From Myxococcales bacterium (GTDB lineage: Bacteria > Myxococcota_A > Polyangia > Polyangiales > Polyangiaceae): a stretch of 64,000 nucleotides of DNA. Positions 32,721 to 40,976 of this stretch are shown one piece after another (the first letter of the stretch is position 1; each line of letters starts with the position of its first letter). The stretch lies in NCBI GenBank assembly GCA_043747615.1, contig JAYTOU010000091.1:64001-128000 (forward strand), written 5' to 3'. The notes beneath the pieces are model-generated. The model was not told where the DNA came from and did not search any database. It saw only the letters and a list, made by a program, of their open reading frames with translations. The translations under genes were made by a program, and so were the position numbers.

Positions 32721-33785
32721 CTAGACCTCCATTACCCGGAGGTTCTCCCAGAACATCGTGCCGATGCCGCGCTCGTGACCCATTTTCAGGTACGGGATGT
32801 TGTCGCGGTGCTGGCCGATGAGCGTGCACGCGAAGGCGTCGGCGGCGACCTGATCGACCGAGGCAATGACCGTGTGCATCTCTTTCGTGTCGTCGATGTT
32901 GCCGCCCTGGGGGCCATTGCGCATGAGAACGCGGACGGCGTCGATGATGGTGAGCGACGGGCGCATGAAGGTCGCCAGATCGGCGATCGAGGTGTCGATG
33001 TTCTGATGGAGCCTGTTTCTACGGCCGCCGAGGACGCCGTACCAATTTTTCATCGCCGCGGTGAACTTGGCGAGGTTGTGGTGCTTGGCGACGGGGACGT
33101 TGATCACCTTGTCGGCGTCGACGAGGGTCGTGAAGATCGGCCACTCGTCGAGGACGTCGCCCTTGAGACGCATGGTGCGGTAGCGATGCTCGGCCGGGAG
33201 AATCACTTCGGCACCGAGCGCGTACGCCTTGCGCCAGATGCCCGAACGCTGAAAGCAGCGATTGGGATCGTTGCACGAGCCGTCGGCCACGCGCACCGTT
33301 TTGGCCCCGGCCTCGAACGCCATCTGGACGACGGCGCCGACCACGTCTGGATTCGTGTTCGCAGCGTGGATGGGCATGCGATCCCAGCCGATGTTCGGCT
33401 TGATGACCACTACGTCGCCGCGGCTGACGAAGCGTTCCATCCCGCCCATCGCGGCCATCGCATTGCGGACGAGCTGCTCCGGCGAGAGCCGCGGACCTTC
33501 GAGCACAGACGCGCCCGGCTGCCGCATAGGCTGGTTCGAGCGGGCAATGGCGAGCTCGGCAAACTCATGTTGCGACGATGAAACGCGGTAGTCGCGCACC
33601 TGCCGTGAGCCGGTTCCCTCTGCGACGCCGAACCCGCCTTTGTGATCCCAGAGCGCGCGTCCGAGCGCCGCCGACCCCACGAGCACGCCCGCGGCCGCTC
33701 CGACGCGAACGAGCACGTCACGCCGCGAAGGGCGATCCTGGTCTGACCCGACGCCTGAAGCGTGGTCTTTTCCGAGCGGCTTCAC
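32721..33785 (-). CDS. DUF362 domain protein with Tat signal
   Basis: SRRDVL plus hydrophobic stretch, VVIKPNIGW, NTNPDVV, INVPVAKHH, MKNWYG. Confidence 0.88.
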   Translation of the reverse strand: MKPLGKDHASGVGSDQDRPSRRDVLVRVGAAAGVLVGSAALGRALWDHKGGFGVAEGTGSRQVRDYRVSSSQHEFAELAIARSNQPMRQPGASVLEGPRLSPEQLVRNAMAAMGGMERFVSRGDVVVIKPNIGWDRMPIHAANTNPDVVGAVVQMAFEAGAKTVRVADGSCNDPNRCFQRSGIWRKAYALGAEVILPAEHRYRTMRLKGDVLDEWPIFTTLVDADKVINVPVAKHHNLAKFTAAMKNWYGVLGGRRNRLHQNIDTSIADLATFMRPSLTIIDAVRVLMRNGPQGGNIDDTKEMHTVIASVDQVAADAFACTLIGQHRDNIPYLKMGHERGIGTMFWENLRVMEV

Positions 33786-33865
33786 GAGTTATCCATACCT
33801 CCTGCCACGCGGGGGCGGCAACTCACAGGCCTATTTTTTGGCTTCATTCGTATACACTCGCCCCC

Positions 33866-35323
33866 GTGTCAGACGCGTCCGCCCGCCGCATCCTCGAGGG
33901 GCCCCTTGGATGGGAGGTAGCGCGCTTCGGCGTCCCCCTCGCGGTGGGGATGGCCCTCCAGACGACTTTCAATCTGGTCGACGCTTACCTGATTGCCCAG
34001 CTCCCGCGAGATGAAGTGGGTCCGGCCATCGGCGCTCTCGGCATCTGCGACCAGGTAGCGGCCCTCGGGACCATCCTCAGTTATGGAGTCTCCACGGCGA
34101 CCGGCGCCATCCTCGCAAACCAAAAAGGCTCGAAGGACGAGCGGGGAATTCAGCACACGGCGTGGCAGTCGATCCTCATCGTTGCCGCCCTCAGCGTGGC
34201 CTTCGGCGTGATCGGACTGGCGCTCGCGGGGCCTGTCGTGCGTGACGTCATCGGCGCCAAAGGCGGGGTGGCGGTGGTCGCCACGCGCTACCTGCGGGTC
34301 ATCGTCGGAGGCAGCTTCTCGATCTTCTTCCTTCTGCAGCTGACGAGCATCCAACGTGCGCTGGGATCGGCGAAGACCCCCGTCGCGCTCATGGCTCTCG
34401 GGAACGTCTTGAACGTGTTCTTGGCGCTGCTCTTCATTTTTGGGCCGGGGCCCGCGCCGACCGGTCTCGGGTGGTGCGCGGCGGTGGCCAGAGCACTGCA
34501 CATCCCGCGCATGGGCATGCTCGGTGCGGCGTGGGCGACGATCCTTGCGCGGACCCTCGTGCTCATCCCGAACCTCATCGTGCTCGCGCGCCGCTTCAAG
34601 ATCGTCAGGCCTCCGGCCGGTGCACGCGGTCCGGATCCAAAGGAGCTTAAGCGCATCATCGGCCTCGCGTGGCCGTCGAGCGCGCAGTTCGTCATCCGGA
34701 TCATGGCGATGCTCCTGCTCAACTCGCTCGTCGCGCGCTTCTTCACGACAGAGACGGATCAGACCGCGACCACCGCTGTCGGCCTTGTTTTTCGGCTCGA
34801 CACGATGGCCCTCTTCGTCGCCATGGGCTGGGGGAGCGCGGCGCAAACCTTTGTCGGACAGAACTTGGGCGCCGGGCACGACGCGCGCGCAAAAAAGAGC
34901 GGATGGGTCACCGCCATTTACGACGCCGTCACCAACCTCGCTCTGATAGCCTTGCTCTTCTACGCTGGAGAGCGGATCCTTCGCCTCTTCGACGACGATT
35001 CAGGGCCGATCGCGATCGCCCTCTCCTACCTCCGGATCGTCGCACCGACCTACGTGGCCTTGGGCTTCGGCGTCGTGCTCGGCAATGCGATGGCCGGGGC
35101 GGGAGCGACACGTACGACCATGTGGATCGACGTCGCGGTCATCCTCGGGTTCCAGACGCCGTTGTGCATTCTGGCGACGGTCTTCTTTCACACGCCGATC
35201 GAGGGGCTATTTCGCTGCGTCGCCGTTACCAACGTCGTGAGCGCAGTCGTCTATACGGTCGTCTATGCGCGCGGCACCTGGCGTGGCGCGGTGAACAAAC
35301 ACGTCGCGGCGGCGGCGACCTGA
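33866..35323 (+). CDS. MATE family efflux transporter
   Basis: LQTTFNLVDAY, QRALGSAKTP, GMLGAAWAT, FVGQNLGAG, about 12 TM segments. GTG start 33866. Confidence 0.9.
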   Translation: MSDASARRILEGPLGWEVARFGVPLAVGMALQTTFNLVDAYLIAQLPRDEVGPAIGALGICDQVAALGTILSYGVSTATGAILANQKGSKDERGIQHTAWQSILIVAALSVAFGVIGLALAGPVVRDVIGAKGGVAVVATRYLRVIVGGSFSIFFLLQLTSIQRALGSAKTPVALMALGNVLNVFLALLFIFGPGPAPTGLGWCAAVARALHIPRMGMLGAAWATILARTLVLIPNLIVLARRFKIVRPPAGARGPDPKELKRIIGLAWPSSAQFVIRIMAMLLLNSLVARFFTTETDQTATTAVGLVFRLDTMALFVAMGWGSAAQTFVGQNLGAGHDARAKKSGWVTAIYDAVTNLALIALLFYAGERILRLFDDDSGPIAIALSYLRIVAPTYVALGFGVVLGNAMAGAGATRTTMWIDVAVILGFQTPLCILATVFFHTPIEGLFRCVAVTNVVSAVVYTVVYARGTWRGAVNKHVAAAAT

Positions 35324-35325
35324 CC

Positions 35326-35552
35326 ATGCTTCGAGCCAAGCGCGTCCTGATCACCCTCGCTGCTCTTTACCTCGGGTGCTCGTCGTGCATGGAGACGCGG
35401 ACGAGGTCGTCCCGGTAGGCATGGGAAAAGAAGTCGCCGCCGCGTTTCCCAGGGCGAAGCTCATCGTCGTTCACGGCGGTCACCACAATGACCTCTTCGC
35501 GACCCAAGAAGTCTTTGCGGCGATCCTCGCCTTCGTCGACGCGCTCCCGTGA
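35326..35552 (+). pseudogene. Internally deleted alpha/beta hydrolase
   Basis: MLRAKRVLITLAALYLG is joined out of frame (at about 35375) to VLVVHGDADEVVPVGMG...VHGGHHNDLF...*. The Ser-nucleophile core is missing. Confidence 0.75.
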
Positions 35553-35572
35553 GACCGCGCACGGCGTAGTGA

Positions 35573-37153
35573 TCAGTTCGACGGTTTTCCGTGACCGGGG
35601 CCGAGGATCTCGGCCATCTTAGCCTTGGCGTCGAACTCGTGAACGTGAGGAGCGTGGTGACACGTCAGGCACGGCTCCCCTTGCGGCTTGGGGATCGGCA
35701 CCTTCACCTTTTTGGGGCTCCCTGCGTGCTTCGAGCCGGGCCCGTGACACACCTCGCAGCCCACGTTCTCGAGGCTCGCGACGTGGGTGACAGTGCTTCC
35801 GCCGGGGAGATCGTAGCCGGTGACGTGGCAGCTCACGCAATCGAGGTTGAACTCCTTGAACTGCTTCGAGAGCGTGGCGTACGCGTGCGCGTGGGCGGTC
35901 TTGTCCCAGACGTCCTTCGGGTCGAGGTGGCAGGTGCTACAGTTGTCAGTCCCCACGTAGCTCGCTTCCCCGGCCGGGGCAGGGCGCGGCTTTCGGTCCG
36001 CGAACGCCAGCTTGTTCGCTTCGTTTACTTGCTTGTAATATGCAAGCATCTGCGCGGTGACCCTTTTGTCTTTTCCGAGGGTGTCGCGCACCTCCGTCAC
36101 CGCGTAGCGAAAGAAGCTGCCGCTCGCCGGCGCGGGGCGGTGATCGAGCTCCACCCGCTGGGCCTCGAGCTTCGCGAGATCCGTACGGCGCGCGTCGATG
36201 TCGGCCTTCGCGACTTTTCCGTCTTGCTCCCAAATAGCGATCCGCTTGTGGAGCTCGTCGATCCGGCGGGCGAGGTCCGCGCGCTTTCGTGCGTCGTCGA
36301 GGCCGCTCGCGTCGGCGAACGTGAAGGACCCTTCGCGCACGAAGAGGTCGAGCACGGCGACGGTGGTGAGGTGGTTACCGGTTTGGGCCACGATGACGTT
36401 TCCGATTCGCTCACCCGGCGGCGACTCGGTGTTCGCGTCTCCTTCCCCACCGGGCGAGCCGGCGACGACGGCGGTGAGCTCCGGTACGGCGTCGGCGATC
36501 CGCTTGGCCTCTCCTCGACCGACCGCAGCCAGCGCCACGACAACCTTCGCGCCCGCCTTTCGCACGACCGCGAGCTGCTCTTTCACGGCGTCGATCGACG
36601 GCTTTTCAGGCGCGCCCGTGGCAACCGCGCTCACGCCGACGAAGCCCACCGTGACACCGTTGATCTCGCGCACGAACGGGAGCGGCGACGCCCCACTCTC
36701 GGCGCGGAGGTGATCGAGCTCCCCTTCGCCCGCGGCAAAATCGTTCTTGCCGGGAGCGAACGCGACGAGGCCCATCTGCTTGAAGGACACTGCCATCGTC
36801 TTTGCTTTGGCGACGTCCTGACTCTTGTGATCGTCCTTCAACGTCGGGTCCATGAAGAAGAACGGTCCCGCACTGAGAAACGCGCTCGCGGGCGCGCTCG
36901 CACGCTCCGCTTCCACGTACGCGGCGAGGTGGTCCACGCCACCCAGTTGGTCCTTCACGCATCCGCAGGGCTCCAGGGCGCCGGACGGATCGGACACGAT
37001 GTACAGGCGCAAGGTTGGGGCGCTTTTCCCGTCTTTAGGTGGGCCGGAAGGCTGCGGCGAGGGGTGACAGCCTTGGCATGCACCGAGGCTGCACACGAAG
37101 AGAGCGAGCGACATCAAGCGGTGAATTGAGGAGAGCGGATGAGAAGCAGTCAT
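35573..37153 (-). CDS. Lipoprotein: UshA/5'-nucleotidase-like domain + coiled coil + tetraheme c554-type cytochrome
   Basis: LGAC lipobox, SGALEPCGC..DQLGG, and C-terminal CSTCH, CVSCH, CEVCH, CLTCH. Confidence 0.85.
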   Translation of the reverse strand: MTASHPLSSIHRLMSLALFVCSLGACQGCHPSPQPSGPPKDGKSAPTLRLYIVSDPSGALEPCGCVKDQLGGVDHLAAYVEAERASAPASAFLSAGPFFFMDPTLKDDHKSQDVAKAKTMAVSFKQMGLVAFAPGKNDFAAGEGELDHLRAESGASPLPFVREINGVTVGFVGVSAVATGAPEKPSIDAVKEQLAVVRKAGAKVVVALAAVGRGEAKRIADAVPELTAVVAGSPGGEGDANTESPPGERIGNVIVAQTGNHLTTVAVLDLFVREGSFTFADASGLDDARKRADLARRIDELHKRIAIWEQDGKVAKADIDARRTDLAKLEAQRVELDHRPAPASGSFFRYAVTEVRDTLGKDKRVTAQMLAYYKQVNEANKLAFADRKPRPAPAGEASYVGTDNCSTCHLDPKDVWDKTAHAHAYATLSKQFKEFNLDCVSCHVTGYDLPGGSTVTHVASLENVGCEVCHGPGSKHAGSPKKVKVPIPKPQGEPCLTCHHAPHVHEFDAKAKMAEILGPGHGKPSN

Positions 37154-37175
37154 GTGATTTGGCTCAGATTCATTT

Positions 37176-39320
37176 GTGAACGTCGGGCCTACAGTTACTC
37201 TACCCAACGTGCCAACGGACGACCCGCCGAAGCGAGGGGTTCCGCAACCAATTCGCGGAGGACCGATTCCTTTCGGTCCCTACCTCCTCGACGCCCGCAT
37301 TGCGGTCGGGGGCACGGCGGAAGTGTATTTGGCGCGACCCAGGGCGGAATCCAAGGGCTCGGTCCCGCGGTTGATCGTCAAGCGCCTGCTCCCTCATTTC
37401 CTCACCGACCCAGATGGTCGGACGATGTTCGAGCGCGAAGCGCTGCTCCACGCGGCGGTGACGCACCCGAACGTGGTCAAGGTATTCGAGTCGGGCACGA
37501 GCGAGTCGGGCGAACCTTACTTGGCCATGGAGTACATCGACGGGGTCGATGCGTACCGACTGCTTCGCCGCATTCACAAGGACGGACGGCTGTGCCCGCC
37601 CCACGTCAGCGTTCACATCATCCGCGAGGTGCTCAAGGCGCTCGCGAGCGTGCACGGCGCACGAGATCCATCCGGGGACCCCATGGGGATCATCCATCGC
37701 GACGTGACCCCCTCCAACCTTTACCTCTCGAAGGACGGAGACGTGAAGCTCGGGGACTTCGGGATCGCGCGCTCCACTAGGCGCTCGACTATGCGAAACG
37801 CGGCGAGCGCGATGCTCAAGGGAAAGATCGCCTACCTCGCACCGGAGCAAGTCGCCGGCGAGCCCTTCGACGCGCGCGCCGATCTCTTTAGCGTGGCGGC
37901 GGTCCTGGCCGAGATGCTCATTGGAAAGCCTCTTTTCCCGGGCGCGGGGCAGCTCGCCATTCTTCTGGCGATCCGCGATTGCCGCATCGAGCCACTCCGC
38001 GAAGTGAAGGACAAGCTCCCGGCAGGGCTCTTCGATGTGCTCGAGCGTGCTCTCGCGCGCGAAGCGAATGGACGGTTTCAGACCGCCGCGACGTTCGGTG
38101 AGGCCTTGGCCCCGTTTGATCCCCACCCCGACGTCACCCACAAGGAGCTCGCGTTCCTGGTGACGCGCGCGCAAGCCACGCAGTCGGGCGATGCGATGAA
38201 AGCGGTGCGCGAGAGTGCGAGCGCCATGCGCGCGGCGAGGGTCGAGCCTCCACCCGCACAACGCCATGAAACGCGCCAGAACGACGCCGCTCCCCCAGGA
38301 CTTGCCCCGTCGGGGGAAGAGCCGACGACTGCGCGCTACGCCGGGCTCCCCTCGTTCGTGGTGACCTCGGATGGAACGCGGCACGGGCCGTGGACGTTCG
38401 CACAGCTGGTAGAGGCGCTGGCAACTGGGGAAGTCGGACGCGGGGATCAGGTTGGTTACATGGGCCGAGATCTCAAGGCGGTCGAGGAGATCGAAGACCT
38501 CGTGCGCTTTCTCCAGCCCCAAAGTGTCACCACGAATCAGCTCAGCGGGCCCGGAGCGCCGGATTTCATCGACGATCTGGCGGCGACGCCCATGCTCGAC
38601 GTGCTCCTTCGCGTCCTCGAAAATCACGAGACCGGAGTGCTCTTCGCGGAGCGCACTGCGGCAGGCATCGACGAGGCGAGTCGCAAGGAGCTCTACTTCC
38701 TCGACGGCAAGCTCCATCACGTGGCGTCGAGCAACGCGAGCGAGCTCCTCGGCGAGTACCTCGTTCGTCGCGGTCGCATCGAGCGTGAAGAGCTCGATCT
38801 CGCACTCGCCGTCTTGCCTCGCTACAACGGCCGGATCGGGGACACGCTCATCGCCCTCGGCCTGGCCAATCCACTAGACATCGTCCGCGCCATCCGCGAA
38901 CAGGGAAGAGATCGCGTGGCCGACATCTTCACGTGGAAGCAGGGAAAAGTAAGCTTCTATCGTGGCCAGGCCGCGCCGCACGTCGAGTTCCCGCTCGCCC
39001 TCGATCTGCCGGCGCTCATCCTCGCCGGGCTCGAAGCATCGGAGCCCGGAGATGCGCCCCTCGACGCTTTTCGGGGCTGGCTCGACAACACGCTCCTCCG
39101 CGGCCCCGCAGACCGGCGCGGGCTCGTGCGCGGGATCAAGTGGCCTCCTGTGGTGACCGGCGTGATGGCCGTGTGCTCTGGGCCGCTCACCCTGCGCGAG
39201 CTCCTGCAGAAGACTTCGGGCGGAGGCGCGACTACCGCAGGAGCCACCAGCGCGGGCGACGTTCTGCGCGTGCTTCGCGTGCTCCTCGCCGGAAAGCTCC
39301 TCGCCTGGAAGGAGCCGTAA
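37176..39320 (+). CDS. Ser/Thr protein kinase with C-terminal GYF_2-like and DUF4388-like domains
   Basis: IHRDVTPSN, KLGDFG, GKIAYLAPE, HGPWTFAQL, KELYFLDGK...LLGEYLV. Confidence 0.9.
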   Translation: MNVGPTVTLPNVPTDDPPKRGVPQPIRGGPIPFGPYLLDARIAVGGTAEVYLARPRAESKGSVPRLIVKRLLPHFLTDPDGRTMFEREALLHAAVTHPNVVKVFESGTSESGEPYLAMEYIDGVDAYRLLRRIHKDGRLCPPHVSVHIIREVLKALASVHGARDPSGDPMGIIHRDVTPSNLYLSKDGDVKLGDFGIARSTRRSTMRNAASAMLKGKIAYLAPEQVAGEPFDARADLFSVAAVLAEMLIGKPLFPGAGQLAILLAIRDCRIEPLREVKDKLPAGLFDVLERALAREANGRFQTAATFGEALAPFDPHPDVTHKELAFLVTRAQATQSGDAMKAVRESASAMRAARVEPPPAQRHETRQNDAAPPGLAPSGEEPTTARYAGLPSFVVTSDGTRHGPWTFAQLVEALATGEVGRGDQVGYMGRDLKAVEEIEDLVRFLQPQSVTTNQLSGPGAPDFIDDLAATPMLDVLLRVLENHETGVLFAERTAAGIDEASRKELYFLDGKLHHVASSNASELLGEYLVRRGRIEREELDLALAVLPRYNGRIGDTLIALGLANPLDIVRAIREQGRDRVADIFTWKQGKVSFYRGQAAPHVEFPLALDLPALILAGLEASEPGDAPLDAFRGWLDNTLLRGPADRRGLVRGIKWPPVVTGVMAVCSGPLTLRELLQKTSGGGATTAGATSAGDVLRVLRVLLAGKLLAWKEP

Positions 39321-39324
39321 GAGC

Positions 39325-40800
39325 TTATTTCCCGGAGCCGCCGGCGGCGCCGCCAGCGAAGGGAAGGATCGTCTTCAGATCGTCGTCCGTGAACCGCAGC
39401 TGGAGGCCGAGGAAGTAGTCGCGCCGGTTGCCGTTGAAGAGGTGATCGACGCCGCCGAGCAGCCAAAGGCGGTGAATGAATTCGTAGCCGATGTACACGC
39501 GGTAGCGCGGCTGAATTTCTTCTCCGAAGCCGAAGAGATCTTGCCTGAGCTCGAAGCGATCCTTCAGCAAGTGAAGGTCCAGACCGAGCCCGCCCGTCGA
39601 CTCCAAAATTCCGAAGCGCCCGGTGACGGGGCCGAGCCGCTTGGCGAACATGAGTGAGAAGCGAAAAGCGTCGGTGGTGGTCGTGGTGATCGTGCGAGAG
39701 TGCGCCGGCTGATTCGGGTTGTTGGTGTCGACGTCCGTCTGGGTGAAGTTCGTCTTTCCGCGCGGGTCGTTGATGAGCTCGATCATGTAGTACTTGTCTT
39801 CGCGCGGCTGGAGCCGGAGCGAGACGTAGCTCTTGATGGTGTTGGCGAGAAAATTGTAGTCGCTGCGCAGGCCGACGATCGTCTGGAGGCGCTGGATGCC
39901 GCCGACGTAGTCGTTCACGCCTTCGGCCACGCCCTGCACTTCGTTGATGAGCGTTTCGTCCTTGGAAAGACGGCCGATCGTGCCCTCGCCGCGATCCGCT
40001 CGCCCGGCGACGTTGTCGATGTGAGAGAGCGCGCTCTCGAGATTTTTCGAGGCGCGATTCAAGTTGGAGATGGTTTCGCGAACGTCGCCGCCACCGCCAT
40101 TTTTTTCGTTCGCCGAGACGAGCACCCGGACGTCCTCCGTGATGACCCGCACGTTCTCGAGGATCTTCGCGACCTGCGGTTCGCCGTTCTTCGAGATCGA
40201 ATCGACGTTCTTCAGAGTGTCGTGGATGTACTCGCGGTTCTCGCGGATAGTGTGGTTCATGGCATCGGTAGCCTGTGCCAGGTTCTCGAGAATCGACGCG
40301 AGGTTCTGCCCGCCCGCGTCGGTGCCGAGCGAGTTCGCGAGCTGCTGGGCGACCGCCTTCACCAGCACCGAGATCTCGGCGACGTTCTTCTTTATCTCGT
40401 CGATCGAAGGATCGGGCGGCATGGTGTCGATCTGATCGCCGTCCTTGAGCTTAGGCTCATGCGTACCGGGCGTGAGGACCACCACCGACTCACCGAGGAG
40501 AGACGCGCTCTTTTTCCCGGCGGTACCGTCGCGAAAGAGGGTGACGTCTTTGTTCACCTTGATGTCGATCCGCGCCTTGCCGCCCTCGAGGGTGATGTTG
40601 TCGATGGCCCCGATGGCAATTCCAGCGATGGTGACCCGGGTGTGATTAGCGAGACCCGTCGCATCCTCGAAGTACGCGTGAACGACGTAGCCGCCGCCGC
40701 TCCCGACCTCTTTGCTCACCGTGCGGTAGACAAAGTACGTGGCTGCGCCGGCTACGAGGACGAATGCCCCGACCTTTGCCGCCTGCGTAACCTTTGCCAT
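39325..40800 (-). CDS. MCE/MlaD family protein with long helical region and beta-rich C-terminus
   Basis: AKVGAFVL TM, FEDATGL...VTIAGIAIG, SLLGESVVVLTPG, GEGTIGRL. Confidence 0.88.
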   Translation of the reverse strand: MAKVTQAAKVGAFVLVAGAATYFVYRTVSKEVGSGGGYVVHAYFEDATGLANHTRVTIAGIAIGAIDNITLEGGKARIDIKVNKDVTLFRDGTAGKKSASLLGESVVVLTPGTHEPKLKDGDQIDTMPPDPSIDEIKKNVAEISVLVKAVAQQLANSLGTDAGGQNLASILENLAQATDAMNHTIRENREYIHDTLKNVDSISKNGEPQVAKILENVRVITEDVRVLVSANEKNGGGGDVRETISNLNRASKNLESALSHIDNVAGRADRGEGTIGRLSKDETLINEVQGVAEGVNDYVGGIQRLQTIVGLRSDYNFLANTIKSYVSLRLQPREDKYYMIELINDPRGKTNFTQTDVDTNNPNQPAHSRTITTTTTDAFRFSLMFAKRLGPVTGRFGILESTGGLGLDLHLLKDRFELRQDLFGFGEEIQPRYRVYIGYEFIHRLWLLGGVDHLFNGNRRDYFLGLQLRFTDDDLKTILPFAGGAAGGSGK

Positions 40801-40976
40801 CCCGGCGCGACATTACCGCGATCCGCCCCTGCTGGGGAGGGGCTTAGGGGGCGTGGCGACCGCCGGCGCATCTTTCCGGGGTCCCTTAAATTCGTCGGGC
40901 ACCCGGCCGTATCGCTGTACATGGTCCTTGAGCGCCCCGTGCCTTCGCAACGTCCCGTGTGGCCGAGCCCAACGGG

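Noticed and set aside
36958..36970. Selenocysteine in the CGC motif of the cytochrome fusion
   Set aside because: Both codons are TGC and there is no in-frame TGA.
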